The position numbers and the translations under genes were made by a program. Of a stretch of DNA of 64,000 nucleotides, positions 40,245 through 50,494 are shown piece by piece. The notes under the pieces are model-generated. The model ran no database searches. It worked only from the letters and a program-made list of their open reading frames with translations, and was not told the DNA's origin. This DNA comes from an uncultured Acholeplasmataceae bacterium (lineage in GTDB: Bacteria; Bacillota_I; Bacilli_A; RF39; UBA660), in the NCBI GenBank assembly GCA_905203475.1, contig CAJKWD010000001.1:15599-79598 (forward strand), written 5' to 3'. The first letter of the stretch is position 1, and every line of letters starts with the position of its first letter.

Positions 40245-41138
40245 TTATGACTCCTTTACTTGAATAATTTCTAAAATTCGATTTAAATCTGCAACATTCG
40301 TAAAATGAATTTCGATCTTTTTATCACGTATACGAACTTTTGTGTCTAATTTATCACGTAATAAATCTTCTGCATATTTATAATCTGACTTCTTTGGAGT
40401 CTCACGACGGTGTATTTTTACTTTTTTCTCAAAAGTTCCTTCTTGAATTTTTTCTTCTACAGCACGTACAGGTAATTTCTTTTCTGTAATTTCATGAGCC
40501 ATCTCTAATATTTGAGACTCATCTTCTAATTTACTTAACGCTCTAGCATGTCCCATCGATAATTTTTCATCATTTACTAAATTTTGAACTTCGTTTGGCA
40601 AACGTAAAAGTCCTAACATATTTGTCAAATGACTTCTGCTTTTTCCTACTTTTTTTGATAATTCATCTTGTGTTAGATGAAGATGATCAATCATACTCTG
40701 GTATGCTTTTGCTTCTTCAATTGGACTTAAATTTTCACGCTGTAAATTTTCTAAGAGCGCAATTTCCATCATTTGACTATCAGTAAATGTTCTAATAATA
40801 GCTGGAATCTTAGTCAATCCTGCCATTTTACTAGCACGATAACGACGTTCACCAGCAATAATATCATACCCTTTAATACTTTTCTTTACAATAATTGGTT
40901 GAAATACACCATGTTCTTTAATAGAAGATGCAAGTTCTTGTAAATGTTCTTCATTAAATACAGTACGAGGTTGATATGGATTTGGTCTTAATTCATCAAT
41001 ATCAAGTTCTACAATTTCTTCTTTGGGCGTTGTCTCATAAATCTGTTTTTCTAGTTCATTCACATCAATTGCTTCAGAATTAAACAATTGTTCTAAACCC
41101 TTTCCTAGCGCTCTTTTTCTAGTTTCCATTTCTTTCAA
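40245..41138 (-). CDS. parB: Chromosome partitioning protein ParB/Spo0J
   Basis: IIAGERRYRASKMAGL, and an HTH. Confidence 0.9.
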   Translation of the reverse strand: MKEMETRKRALGKGLEQLFNSEAIDVNELEKQIYETTPKEEIVELDIDELRPNPYQPRTVFNEEHLQELASSIKEHGVFQPIIVKKSIKGYDIIAGERRYRASKMAGLTKIPAIIRTFTDSQMMEIALLENLQRENLSPIEEAKAYQSMIDHLHLTQDELSKKVGKSRSHLTNMLGLLRLPNEVQNLVNDEKLSMGHARALSKLEDESQILEMAHEITEKKLPVRAVEEKIQEGTFEKKVKIHRRETPKKSDYKYAEDLLRDKLDTKVRIRDKKIEIHFTNVADLNRILEIIQVKES

Positions 41139-41904
41139 TCACTTCCTTTGCAAGATTTAAATAAGCTTCTGTACCTCTACTTTGTGGATCATATACTAAA
41201 ATCGGTTCTCCATGACTTGGTGCTTCTGATAAACGAACTAATCTCGGAATGATTGTATCATAAACACGTTCTTTAAAATAACTTTTAATATCTTCAACAA
41301 CTTCTAATCCTAAATTGGTTCTAGAGTCTAACATTGTCAGTAATACCCCTTCAATCGTTAAGTTTGGATTTAAATTCTTTTGTGCTAACATAATTGTATT
41401 TAATAATTGCATAATTCCTTCCAACGCAAAAAATTCACATTGAACTGGAATAATTACACTATCAGATGCAGTTAAAGCATTCGTTGTCAAAATACCTAAA
41501 GAAGGCGGACAATCAATAATAATAAAATCAAATACATCTCTAATTTCATCAATATGTTTTTTTAACTGTGCTCCTTTTACAAAAGTCGGATCCATTTTAC
41601 TCTTATCAATCAGTTCGATATCAGCACCTGCTAAATTGATGGTAGCTGGGATTACATACAAATTTTTAAACTTTGTTTTTACGATAACCTCATCTAATGT
41701 TGCCTCATCAATTATCAAATCATAAATGCTTTTATTAATATCTGCTTTATTAATACCCACTCCTGTTGTTGTGTTTCCCTGGGGGTCTAAATCAATTAAT
41801 AATACTTTCTTTTTTAATACTCCAAGGGATGCAGCTAAATTAATACTTGAAGTTGTTTTTCCAACTCCGCCTTTTTGATTTACAAGCGAAATTACCTTTC
41901 CCAT
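41119..41904 (-). CDS. parA: Chromosome partitioning ATPase ParA/Soj
   Basis: NQKGGVGKTT deviant Walker A. Confidence 0.9.
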   Translation of the reverse strand: MGKVISLVNQKGGVGKTTSSINLAASLGVLKKKVLLIDLDPQGNTTTGVGINKADINKSIYDLIIDEATLDEVIVKTKFKNLYVIPATINLAGADIELIDKSKMDPTFVKGAQLKKHIDEIRDVFDFIIIDCPPSLGILTTNALTASDSVIIPVQCEFFALEGIMQLLNTIMLAQKNLNPNLTIEGVLLTMLDSRTNLGLEVVEDIKSYFKERVYDTIIPRLVRLSEAPSHGEPILVYDPQSRGTEAYLNLAKEVIERNGN

Positions 41905-41969
41905 AATACCACCATTTTCTAATCATATCTAACTTATATTGTATCAAAGTTTCTAATCATTGTCCATGT

Positions 41970-41999
41970 TTCAAATAAAAAAGCAAGAACTTATCTTGC
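41970..41999 (-). terminator. Terminator after the lipoprotein gene
   Basis: gcaag-aacttat-cttgc hairpin followed by a U-run. Confidence 0.4.
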
Positions 42000-42410
42000 A
42001 ATTTTATATTCTACTTTTTTAGCACTCCTTAAATCTTCTGTTACATCTGAAATAATTTGTTTATTATCACCCGGTTCAATACTATCTCCAATATAACCAA
42101 GCGTTTCAATTAACAACTTATTATCTTTGTCATACAGGTTTATTCCAATATTAGTAAGAGTAATTGTCTGGTCTGTTGTATTTTCTACATTGGCAACAAT
42201 TTTACTAATACCATCCTTATATGTAATACTAAAACCAGAAATTTTTAATCCCTCTACTGTTTGATCATCTAATGTTGTTACCTTAGACTCTACTGTTTTA
42301 TTTTTTTCTTTTGCCGCTTCTTTCTTGTCACAACCACAACCTGTTACAACAAATAAAAGTGCCAATAGACAAACAAATAATTTTGAAAATTTTTCAACGC
42401 TTTTCCTCAT
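41991..42410 (-). CDS. Lipoprotein with no assignable domain
   Basis: The signal peptide ends in VVTGC, a lipobox. Confidence 0.65.
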   Translation of the reverse strand: MRKSVEKFSKLFVCLLALLFVVTGCGCDKKEAAKEKNKTVESKVTTLDDQTVEGLKISGFSITYKDGISKIVANVENTTDQTITLTNIGINLYDKDNKLLIETLGYIGDSIEPGDNKQIISDVTEDLRSAKKVEYKIAR

Positions 42411-42502
42411 GATAGAAACCCTCTTTCTATTATATGTACATTATATCTCATTTGTCTTCTAATAGTCAATAATTGTTTCTATATTTAAAAAGAAAAGAGG
42501 AT

Positions 42503-44542
42503 TTATTCATCCTCTTTATCATCTTCTTGTAATAACTTAACTAATGTTTCTTTATCCATATCTTTACTTGCTTCAATATTTCTTTCTTGACATAGCTCAT
42601 AAAGAAGTTCTTTACTTAAATCTTGATAAGAAAGTTCTTCAAAGTCAGAAGTCATTGTATCATCATGATTTGGATTTTCATCACCATGATTTTCTTCTTT
42701 TTCTTCTTCTGGCATTTTTCCATGTTCTACTAAATAATCAATTTGTTCTTTTGTAAGCGTTTCATTTTCCAGTAGAGCATTAGCAATTAAATCAAGTAAT
42801 TTACGATTTTCTTTAATGACTTTTTTAGCTTTTTCATAACATTCATTAATAATTTTACGTTGTTCTTGATCGATTTCAAATGCTACTTGGCCTGAAAAAT
42901 TACGACTCTTGTTATAATCTCTACCTAAGAAGACACTACTTTCTTGATGTTCAAATTGAACTGGTCCTAAATCACTCATACCATATTCTGTTACCATAGC
43001 ACGAGCAATTTTTGTGGCTTGTTCAAAATCATTATGAGCTCCTGTTGTTACTTCGTTAAATACGATTTCCTCAGCAACACGGCCACCAAGAAGACCCATA
43101 ATACGTTCTAATAGTTCTTGCTTTGTAGATAAGTATGTTTCTTCTTTTGGAAGCATTAAATTATATCCACCAGCATTTCCTCTTGGAACAATTGTAATTT
43201 TTTGAACTTCGTTGGCATTATCTAATTTAATACCTAATACCGCATGACCAGCTTCGTGGTATGCAACAGTACGTTTTTCTTTTTCCGTGTATTTATGACT
43301 CTTTTTAGCAGGTCCCATCATAACACGGTCATGAGCTTCATCAATTTCAGACATTGTAATTTGATTTTTATTACGTCTTACTGCTAAGAGTGCAGCTTCG
43401 TTTAATAAGTTTTCCAAGTCAGCTCCACTAAATCCAACTGTTCTTTTAGCAATATTAGCAAGAGAAACATTTGGAGAGAATGTTTTACCTCTTGCATGTA
43501 CTTTTAAGATTTCTTCTCTACCTTTTACATCAGGTAAATTAACTGTTACTTGGCGATCAAAACGTCCAGGGCGAAGTAAAGCAGGGTCTAAAACATCGGG
43601 ACGGTTTGTTGCAGCAATGATAATGATTCCTTCATTAGAACCAAACCCATCCATTTCTGTTAATAATTGGTTTAATGTTTGTTCACGTTCATCGTGACCT
43701 CCACCTAAACCTGCACCTCTTTGACGTCCTACAGCATCGATTTCATCGATAAAAATCAAACATGGTGCATTGTGTTTTGCTTGTTTAAACATATCTCTAA
43801 CACGACTTGCTCCGACTCCGACAAATAATTCAACGAATTCAGAACCACTGATATAATAAAATGGAACATTGGCTTCTCCAGCAACTGCTCGCGCAAGTAA
43901 TGTTTTACCTGTTCCTGGAGGACCAACCAATAATACTCCTTTTGGAATACGTGCACCTAAACGTTGGAATTTTTTAGGGCTTTTTAAGAAATCAATTAGT
44001 TCAGCTACTTCTTCTTTTTCTTCATCTAAACCTGCAACATCTTTAAATGTCACCTTCTTATTATCTTCATTTAAACGAGCACGACTACGTCCAAAATCCA
44101 TAGACTTATTAGCGCTACCCATTTGTCTTGTAATTAAGAAAAATGCACCACCTACTAAAATAACCATTGGAAGAACATTTACTAAAAATAATAGAAAAGT
44201 ACTAGACTCTGGATCAGAAGATGTATCTAATGTAAATCCTTCTTCTTTTTGAATATTTAAAATTTGTGACATGACATCACTATCTAATGGTACTCTCAAA
44301 AAGAATGATTCATTTTCTTTATATCCTTTCATTGTACCAGAAATTTCATAAACACTTGCACGAGAACGTGGTGTTACTAAAACTTCTTCTACTTTACCTT
44401 TATTTGCTTGTTCCATAAATTTGTCATACGTTAATACATTCACCTTACGGTTCATTGTATTAAAAAAGTATAGAATTGCAAACATAATAATTAATAATAT
44501 AACATATGGAAATATTCCTTTTTTTATGGCTTTTTTATTCAT
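42503..44542 (-). CDS. ftsH: ATP-dependent zinc metalloprotease FtsH
   Basis: [11 protein letters not shown] motif, the HEAGHA zinc site, and a long acidic C-terminal tail. Confidence 0.95.
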   Translation of the reverse strand: MNKKAIKKGIFPYVILLIIMFAILYFFNTMNRKVNVLTYDKFMEQANKGKVEEVLVTPRSRASVYEISGTMKGYKENESFFLRVPLDSDVMSQILNIQKEEGFTLDTSSDPESSTFLLFLVNVLPMVILVGGAFFLITRQMGSANKSMDFGRSRARLNEDNKKVTFKDVAGLDEEKEEVAELIDFLKSPKKFQRLGARIPKGVLLVGPPGTGKTLLARAVAGEANVPFYYISGSEFVELFVGVGASRVRDMFKQAKHNAPCLIFIDEIDAVGRQRGAGLGGGHDEREQTLNQLLTEMDGFGSNEGIIIIAATNRPDVLDPALLRPGRFDRQVTVNLPDVKGREEILKVHARGKTFSPNVSLANIAKRTVGFSGADLENLLNEAALLAVRRNKNQITMSEIDEAHDRVMMGPAKKSHKYTEKEKRTVAYHEAGHAVLGIKLDNANEVQKITIVPRGNAGGYNLMLPKEETYLSTKQELLERIMGLLGGRVAEEIVFNEVTTGAHNDFEQATKIARAMVTEYGMSDLGPVQFEHQESSVFLGRDYNKSRNFSGQVAFEIDQEQRKIINECYEKAKKVIKENRKLLDLIANALLENETLTKEQIDYLVEHGKMPEEEKEENHGDENPNHDDTMTSDFEELSYQDLSKELLYELCQERNIEASKDMDKETLVKLLQEDDKEDE

Positions 44543-45890
44543 CCAAACCCTCCTTCTTCAAAGAATACCTTAGTATTATATCATACTTTCCATTTTTTGT
44601 TCTATCAAATTTCGTTTTTTTTAGGCCTGGTAACCAAAGTATTTTGCCAGTGGCATCGGTCACAATCGGCCATGTATCACGGAATGATTTTTCAATTTTC
44701 TCATCTGTAAAAATATCATTTATTTTCTTAGTACCAGATAGACCCTTCACCGTCATGCGATCCCCCGACTTTCTCGTACGCACATAAAGAGGAAGTTCTA
44801 TTTCACTCGTATCTAATCGACAAGTAAAATTATCATCTTTCTCTGTTGATTTTACCTTTTCAATCGTATTTCCATTCGGCAACCACAATTGATCATATAG
44901 TACAAACTGATACGCTTTAAAAGATGGCATCGTATCCGTGAAATATGCTCGTTGATATTCTTTTACCAAAACAATATGTTCTGGCAAAGCAATATGTGAA
45001 TTATTAGTACCATTTAATAAAAAATCAATAATATTGTGTACATGTCTACTTTGGATATGATTTAATCTTCCTTGATAGACTCTTTCTAATAAATATTGAA
45101 TGATTTGTTCTTGCATAAAAGGATCTTCCTTATTCCATAAATTTAAAAACAAAGTACGATCCTGAAATACAGTTCCTTCTTTATTTTGAACCAAATTTCT
45201 AACATAATGACTACATTCTAATAAAGTCGTACTAAAACTTAAAAATTTCTTATGAACTTGAGGATTTTCTTCTTTTAATTTAGGGACAATATATTTACGA
45301 TATCGATTTCTCGTATAATTATCTTTATAATTACTCATATCTGTAACATAAGAAATTTGATACTGATCAATGTATTTCATTATATCTTCCCTCGTCACAG
45401 TAATCAAAGGGCGTACTAACACATAATCGCGGATGTTTGTCACCCTTGAAAACCCATGATACCCATATAAAGATGAACCTCTCACGAGTCTCATTAAAAT
45501 TGTTTCAATGAGGTCATCACCATGATGTGCAGTCATAAGATAACTAGCATTATATTTATGAATAACTTGTTCAAAAAACTGGTAGCGAATCGTACGGGCT
45601 TCTTGGTGAAAATTAGTATGGTGATATTCTGCAATTTTTAGATATTCAAAAATGATTTGATGTTCTTTACAGTAGGATTCTACAAACTCTTTTTCTTGAT
45701 CACTTTCTACACGAATATTATGATGGACATGAGCACATACAATATTTATATCTTTTTCCTCTTTTAATTTAAGTAATAGATGAAGTAAAGTCATAGAATC
45801 AGGTCCTCCTGATACTGCTACAACAACAGTGTCATGAGGTTTTAATGGTAATGACTGTAAAAATCTTAATACTTCTTTCATAATTACCAC
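44535..45890 (-). CDS. tilS: tRNA(Ile)-lysidine synthetase
   Basis: VAVSGGPDSMTLLHLL PP-loop. Confidence 0.9.
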   Translation of the reverse strand: MVIMKEVLRFLQSLPLKPHDTVVVAVSGGPDSMTLLHLLLKLKEEKDINIVCAHVHHNIRVESDQEKEFVESYCKEHQIIFEYLKIAEYHHTNFHQEARTIRYQFFEQVIHKYNASYLMTAHHGDDLIETILMRLVRGSSLYGYHGFSRVTNIRDYVLVRPLITVTREDIMKYIDQYQISYVTDMSNYKDNYTRNRYRKYIVPKLKEENPQVHKKFLSFSTTLLECSHYVRNLVQNKEGTVFQDRTLFLNLWNKEDPFMQEQIIQYLLERVYQGRLNHIQSRHVHNIIDFLLNGTNNSHIALPEHIVLVKEYQRAYFTDTMPSFKAYQFVLYDQLWLPNGNTIEKVKSTEKDDNFTCRLDTSEIELPLYVRTRKSGDRMTVKGLSGTKKINDIFTDEKIEKSFRDTWPIVTDATGKILWLPGLKKTKFDRTKNGKYDIILRYSLKKEGLDE

Positions 45891-46534
45891 TGAATCTCTT
45901 TCTCGCCATTTTCCTTTAAATAATGATTAATTTTAGAAAATGGTTTGCTTCCAAAAAAACCACGATATGCAGATAAAGGAGAAGGATGCACACTCTCTAT
46001 AATTTTATGTTGTGGATTGGTAATTAGTACTTTCTTACTGCGCGCATAGCTACCCCAAAAAACAAAAATCACAGGCTTTTCTCGTTCGTTTAATTTAGAA
46101 ATAATTGCATCTGTAAATTGTTCCCAACCATGATTTTGATGAGATAAAGGACGATCCATTTGTACAGACATAATAGAGTTTAACAAAAGAACTCCTTGTT
46201 GTGCCCAATCAGTTAAATCATTGTTTTCACGATGAATATGTAAGTCACTTTCTAGTTCTTTAAATATATTATCTAAAGAAGGTGGTCTTTTACACCCTTC
46301 TTGTACAGAAAAAGAAAGGCCATGTGCTTCTCCAATACCATGATAAGGATCTTGTCCTAAAATGACAACCTTTACTTCATCATAATCGGTATAACGTAAT
46401 GCATTAAAAATATTTTTATATTCTGGAAAACATCTTTTTGTCGCATATTCATGCTTTACAAATGTTCCAAGTTTACGAAAATAATCTTTTTTCATTTCAT
46501 CTTTTAAAATAATATCCCACTTCTTGTTAATCAT
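45884..46534 (-). CDS. ung: Uracil-DNA glycosylase
   Basis: VVILGQDPYHG...GLSFSV. Confidence 0.9.
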   Translation of the reverse strand: MINKKWDIILKDEMKKDYFRKLGTFVKHEYATKRCFPEYKNIFNALRYTDYDEVKVVILGQDPYHGIGEAHGLSFSVQEGCKRPPSLDNIFKELESDLHIHRENNDLTDWAQQGVLLLNSIMSVQMDRPLSHQNHGWEQFTDAIISKLNEREKPVIFVFWGSYARSKKVLITNPQHKIIESVHPSPLSAYRGFFGSKPFSKINHYLKENGEKEIQW

Positions 46535-46634
46535 ATATCAAAATTCCTTTCAGATATATGATAACACAAAGTAATGGATGGGTGCAAAAAAAGAGAAAAA
46601 AGTAAACATATACTTTAATTTATGTCTATTTGTG

Positions 46635-46661
46635 TCAAAAAAAAGAGACTACTTGTCTCTT
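46635..46661 (-). terminator. Terminator after the GNAT gene
   Basis: agagac-tactt-gtctct hairpin followed by U8. Confidence 0.5.
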
Positions 46662-47659
46662 TCCTTGTTTGATTGTTTTTTAGAAGTTACTTTCTTCTTA
46701 GTATTTGCTTTCTTACGAACTACAACAGGTGTATGAAGTTTTTCTTGTGTACATACCATTAAATAACAATCATGATGAATTCCTTCGTGAAAACGGTGAT
46801 GAGGAAGTACGCGGTATATTTCAAAACCGCATTTTTCAAAACATGCGACATCCCGTTTATTCTCAATTAAAGGATCTACCACCAACGAATCTACATTGTG
46901 TGATAATAAATAATCACGAATCATAACCATAAACTGTACATCGTAATGTTTTCTAAAATATTTAGGAATACCAATAAAATAATCAATTCCATATACAATC
47001 GTATCAATTCCAAAATCGTATTTACTTAATTCTTCTTGTGTTAATGGGTAATATTGGAAATATCCAACTTTTTCGTTTTCTTTTTCTAAAATAAAACGCG
47101 CAACATTTCTTTGATTATAATATTGTTTTTGGATTAAAGCTTCATCGTATTTTACATCACGTCCATCGTGATATTCTAATACTTTTTCATCTGTTAACCA
47201 CTGTAATAAATCATCTTTATCCTCTTCTGTAAGAGGGCGAATTTTAAAACCATTTTCTGCTATTTCAATTTTATCATTTCTTACATTAGGTCCATCTGGG
47301 ACTAAAAAGGGCTTTGTAGATTGCTTTTGCATTTTTCCCAGAATGATAAATACCATGATCATGATAGATATTACTACAAATATCAAATATAATGGAAGAA
47401 AATAATATTGGAAAAATGTAGCTATTTTCTCTCCCAGATATGTTGATTCAAAAAATACAATCACTTCTTGATGAGATAATATTTTAGCAATACAATAAGT
47501 TCCTAAAAATGGAAAAACAATTGTAAAAAAGATAATTAGTAAACAAGTGATTGTTTTAAAGAATGATTTCAAATATAAAATATCTAATGATTTTAATAAT
47601 ACTATAAAACAAATAAATAATAAAATTAAAAACAATACAAAATAAATAATACTAATCAT
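46649..47659 (-). CDS. Membrane-anchored GNAT-family N-acetyltransferase with a K-rich C-terminal tail
   Basis: About 3 N-terminal TM helices, then a GNAT fold (FEKCGFE). The tail reads KKANTKKKVTSKKQSNKERDK. Confidence 0.55.
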   Translation of the reverse strand: MISIIYFVLFLILLFICFIVLLKSLDILYLKSFFKTITCLLIIFFTIVFPFLGTYCIAKILSHQEVIVFFESTYLGEKIATFFQYYFLPLYLIFVVISIMIMVFIILGKMQKQSTKPFLVPDGPNVRNDKIEIAENGFKIRPLTEEDKDDLLQWLTDEKVLEYHDGRDVKYDEALIQKQYYNQRNVARFILEKENEKVGYFQYYPLTQEELSKYDFGIDTIVYGIDYFIGIPKYFRKHYDVQFMVMIRDYLLSHNVDSLVVDPLIENKRDVACFEKCGFEIYRVLPHHRFHEGIHHDCYLMVCTQEKLHTPVVVRKKANTKKKVTSKKQSNKERDK

Positions 47660-47660
47660 C

Positions 47661-48503
47661 TTATTTCCTTCTTTCTATATATTCATTCACTACAGATACA
47701 AAAACCTCTAAAGGGATTTTTTCTGCTCGATCTTGTAAACTATATCCATGAGACTGAAATAATCGTTCTAAAATATCTAAATCGTACATTTTTAAGTTAT
47801 TACGGAGTGTTTTTCGCTTTTGTTTAAAACAATCTCTTACAAATTGAAAGAAAAAAGTATCATCTAATAATGGGAGTTGTTCCTTTTTTCTCGTGAATTC
47901 AACTACAATACTATCAACATTCGGTTTCGGTAAAAATACATTGCGGCTTACATCTAAAAGTTTATGGACATCAAAATAATAATCTAAAAACACAGTAAAA
48001 GAACCATAGTCTCTCGTTCCCGGTTTAGCTCTAAAGCGATCTCCTACTTCTTTTTGTACCATAATGACAATTTTATCTACTGGTAAGTGATCCTCTATTA
48101 CCTTCATAATAATAGGAGTTGTAATGTAATATGGTAAATTTCCAATTACATATAATTTAGAATACTGATATTTTTTAATATCTTCAATGGGAGAACTTTT
48201 TAAGAAATCACCATAAATAATATCGATATTTTGATATGGTTTTAAATTATCTTCTAATACTGGTTTTAATGTAGTATCAATTTCATAACAGAGAATTTGT
48301 TTTGCATAACGAGCAAGTCCCACAGTTAAAGAACCAGCACCTGGGCCGATTTCGATCACAAGTGTATTGTCATCAATTTGGCAAGATGTAACTATTTTTT
48401 CAATGATATTGCGATCAATAATAAAATTTTGCCCATAATTCTTTTTAAAATGAAATTGATGGGAATTTAAATTTTGTTGCATTTTATTTGGTGAATACTC
48501 CAT
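47661..48503 (-). CDS. rsmA: 16S rRNA (adenine1518/1519-N6)-dimethyltransferase
   Basis: GQNFIID...VIEIGPGAGSLT. The start is placed at the ATG with an AAGAGGAGA RBS. Confidence 0.9.
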   Translation of the reverse strand: MEYSPNKMQQNLNSHQFHFKKNYGQNFIIDRNIIEKIVTSCQIDDNTLVIEIGPGAGSLTVGLARYAKQILCYEIDTTLKPVLEDNLKPYQNIDIIYGDFLKSSPIEDIKKYQYSKLYVIGNLPYYITTPIIMKVIEDHLPVDKIVIMVQKEVGDRFRAKPGTRDYGSFTVFLDYYFDVHKLLDVSRNVFLPKPNVDSIVVEFTRKKEQLPLLDDTFFFQFVRDCFKQKRKTLRNNLKMYDLDILERLFQSHGYSLQDRAEKIPLEVFVSVVNEYIERRK

Positions 48504-48586
48504 ACTATATCTCCTCTTGATTTTTATTATAACGGAATTAACAAATAGATACAATAAATTTTCAAAAGAAAAAGAGCAAATTGCTC

Positions 48587-49294
48587 TTAAAATCCATAAC
48601 GTTTTACAGTAAATTGTATTCCATTTCCGCCAGGTGTTGTTGTATTTCTAGCATCACTTTGTGTTGCGTATGCTAAATCAATCCAAACTGTTCTACTACT
48701 ATTCCAAGCTTTTTGCATACTACTACCACTATCTAACACAACACCTAAGAAAGGTGGATTTATTCCATTATTGATTTCTATAATCGTTCCACATGGAAAT
48801 ACCGTTTTAGCAGCTGCTAAAATTCTTACATTTCCATATTCTTCATCTTGATAATAAATACCATCATAAATTAAACTATGTTTTCCTCCATTTTTAGTAT
48901 GACAAGAAACATTCCCTGTTTTACTACATCCAGGACAATCAGGACCATACCCTGACATTTTTCCAACATAGCTTTCTTTTCCTCCATTACCTACTTGTAC
49001 TACTGCAGGTATCATTTCTTGAATAACAGATGTCGATCCATCTATCTGAGGAATAATTAAGCCATCTTGACCTTCGGTAATAACTTTTGTCACACCGTTT
49101 GGTAATCTTTTTGTATATATTGTTTGCGTTTCATGAGCAATCACTTGATTTTCAACATTTAAATTCATATTCTTTGTCGGATTGTCAATCTTTACTTTAT
49201 GAGTTTGAAATCCAATATTATGAAATAATGATAATGCTGCGATCATAATTAAACTAAGCCATTTACCCAATAATTGCAGTAAATATACATTCAT
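48587..49294 (-). CDS. YabE-like cell-wall-binding protein with a G5-like domain and a 3D domain
   Basis: N-terminal TM helix. The C-terminal 3D domain has conserved Asp residues. The position between tatD and rsmA matches B. subtilis yabE. Confidence 0.6.
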   Translation of the reverse strand: MNVYLLQLLGKWLSLIMIAALSLFHNIGFQTHKVKIDNPTKNMNLNVENQVIAHETQTIYTKRLPNGVTKVITEGQDGLIIPQIDGSTSVIQEMIPAVVQVGNGGKESYVGKMSGYGPDCPGCSKTGNVSCHTKNGGKHSLIYDGIYYQDEEYGNVRILAAAKTVFPCGTIIEINNGINPPFLGVVLDSGSSMQKAWNSSRTVWIDLAYATQSDARNTTTPGGNGIQFTVKRYGF

Positions 49295-49342
49295 AACATG
49301 TCACCTCAAGATTATTTATAGACTAGTTAAAGTATAGCAAAA

Positions 49343-50107
49343 TTACCTTTTCAAGTCAAATTGATTAATTGCGGTATTTGTCGTTATTTCTAATACCTTT
49401 TCTAAACTTACATTTTTAATTTGCGCAATTTTTGAAGCAATATGTATAATTCGTACTGGTTCATTTTCTTGACCACGATATGGTTCGGGAGATAAATATG
49501 GGCTATCTGTCTCCAATAGCAAATGATCCAAAGGCATTTCTTTTACTACTTCAACTAATTTGACACCATTCTTGAAAGTAACAACCCCTCCTATTCCAAA
49601 ATAAACACCGAGTTTTAAAAACTCACGAGCCATTTCTACAGAATATCCATAACAATGTAAAATGACTGGAAAACTTCCATCTATCACCCTCTTTAATATA
49701 TTATATGTATCTTGTGCAGCATCTCTACTGTGTATTACACAAGGTAGGTGATATTTTTTAGCAAGTGATAATTGCTTTTTAAATAATTCTATTTGTTTCT
49801 CTCTATTTTCCTTCGTATAATGATAATCTAGTCCAATTTCTCCTATGCCTACGATTTTATCATCGTGAAGATGAGATTCTAAAATTTTCAAATTTTCTTC
49901 TGTACCTTCCTCTACTTCTTCTGGATGAATCCCAATCACACCATATACATTTGTATATTTTTTTACTATATTTAATGTTTCTATCATATTTTCCATGTTT
50001 GTCGCACTTGTAATCATCAAATGATTTTCCATATGAGAAATAACTTCTTGTAAGTGTTCTTCTGTCTGATACTCTTCTAATAATAAATGACAATGTGTAT
50101 CTACCAT
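49343..50107 (-). CDS. tatD: TatD-family metal-dependent DNase/hydrolase
   Basis: MVDTHCHL...GEIGLDYHY. Confidence 0.85.
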   Translation of the reverse strand: MVDTHCHLLLEEYQTEEHLQEVISHMENHLMITSATNMENMIETLNIVKKYTNVYGVIGIHPEEVEEGTEENLKILESHLHDDKIVGIGEIGLDYHYTKENREKQIELFKKQLSLAKKYHLPCVIHSRDAAQDTYNILKRVIDGSFPVILHCYGYSVEMAREFLKLGVYFGIGGVVTFKNGVKLVEVVKEMPLDHLLLETDSPYLSPEPYRGQENEPVRIIHIASKIAQIKNVSLEKVLEITTNTAINQFDLKR

Positions 50108-50158
50108 AATCTCACTCCTAAAAAAAATATACCATAAAATGGCATATTTTCATACTAT

Positions 50159-50329
50159 TTACTGATGTGTCTTAATATAAATGTATCTGCAAATTGTATA
50201 AATAATTGCAATTAAATAAAGAATATCTATGATGTTAAATTCCACAATCACACTACCTAAAACTAAGAATCCAAGAAAGCCTAATATCAATAAAACTGAT
50301 CTCGTTTCCTTATTTTTTAGAATTGACAT
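50159..50329 (-). CDS. Candidate small hydrophobic protein of 56 aa, not in the ORF track
   Basis: My hand translation reads MSILKNKETRSVLLILGFLGFLVLGSVIVEFNIIDILYLIAIIYTICRYIYIKTHQ. A GAAGGAGAG RBS lies 6 nt upstream. Confidence 0.35.
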   Translation of the reverse strand: MSILKNKETRSVLLILGFLGFLVLGSVIVEFNIIDILYLIAIIYTICRYIYIKTHQ

Positions 50330-50459
50330 GATTTCTCTCCTTCATTTTTTACAACCTATAATTAACTATACAGGAAATTCCTTGCAATTTCAAATAATTA
50401 CGATATTTTTCATCATACAATTTACAACATTTTACAAAGTTTTTCTACAATTTTTGTCA

Positions 50460-50494
50460 TTTATCAAAAAAATACCAATATTATTTGGTATTTT
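50460..50494 (-). terminator. Terminator of metG
   Basis: aataccaa-tatta-ttggtatt hairpin overlapping the stop, followed by a U-run. Confidence 0.5.
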
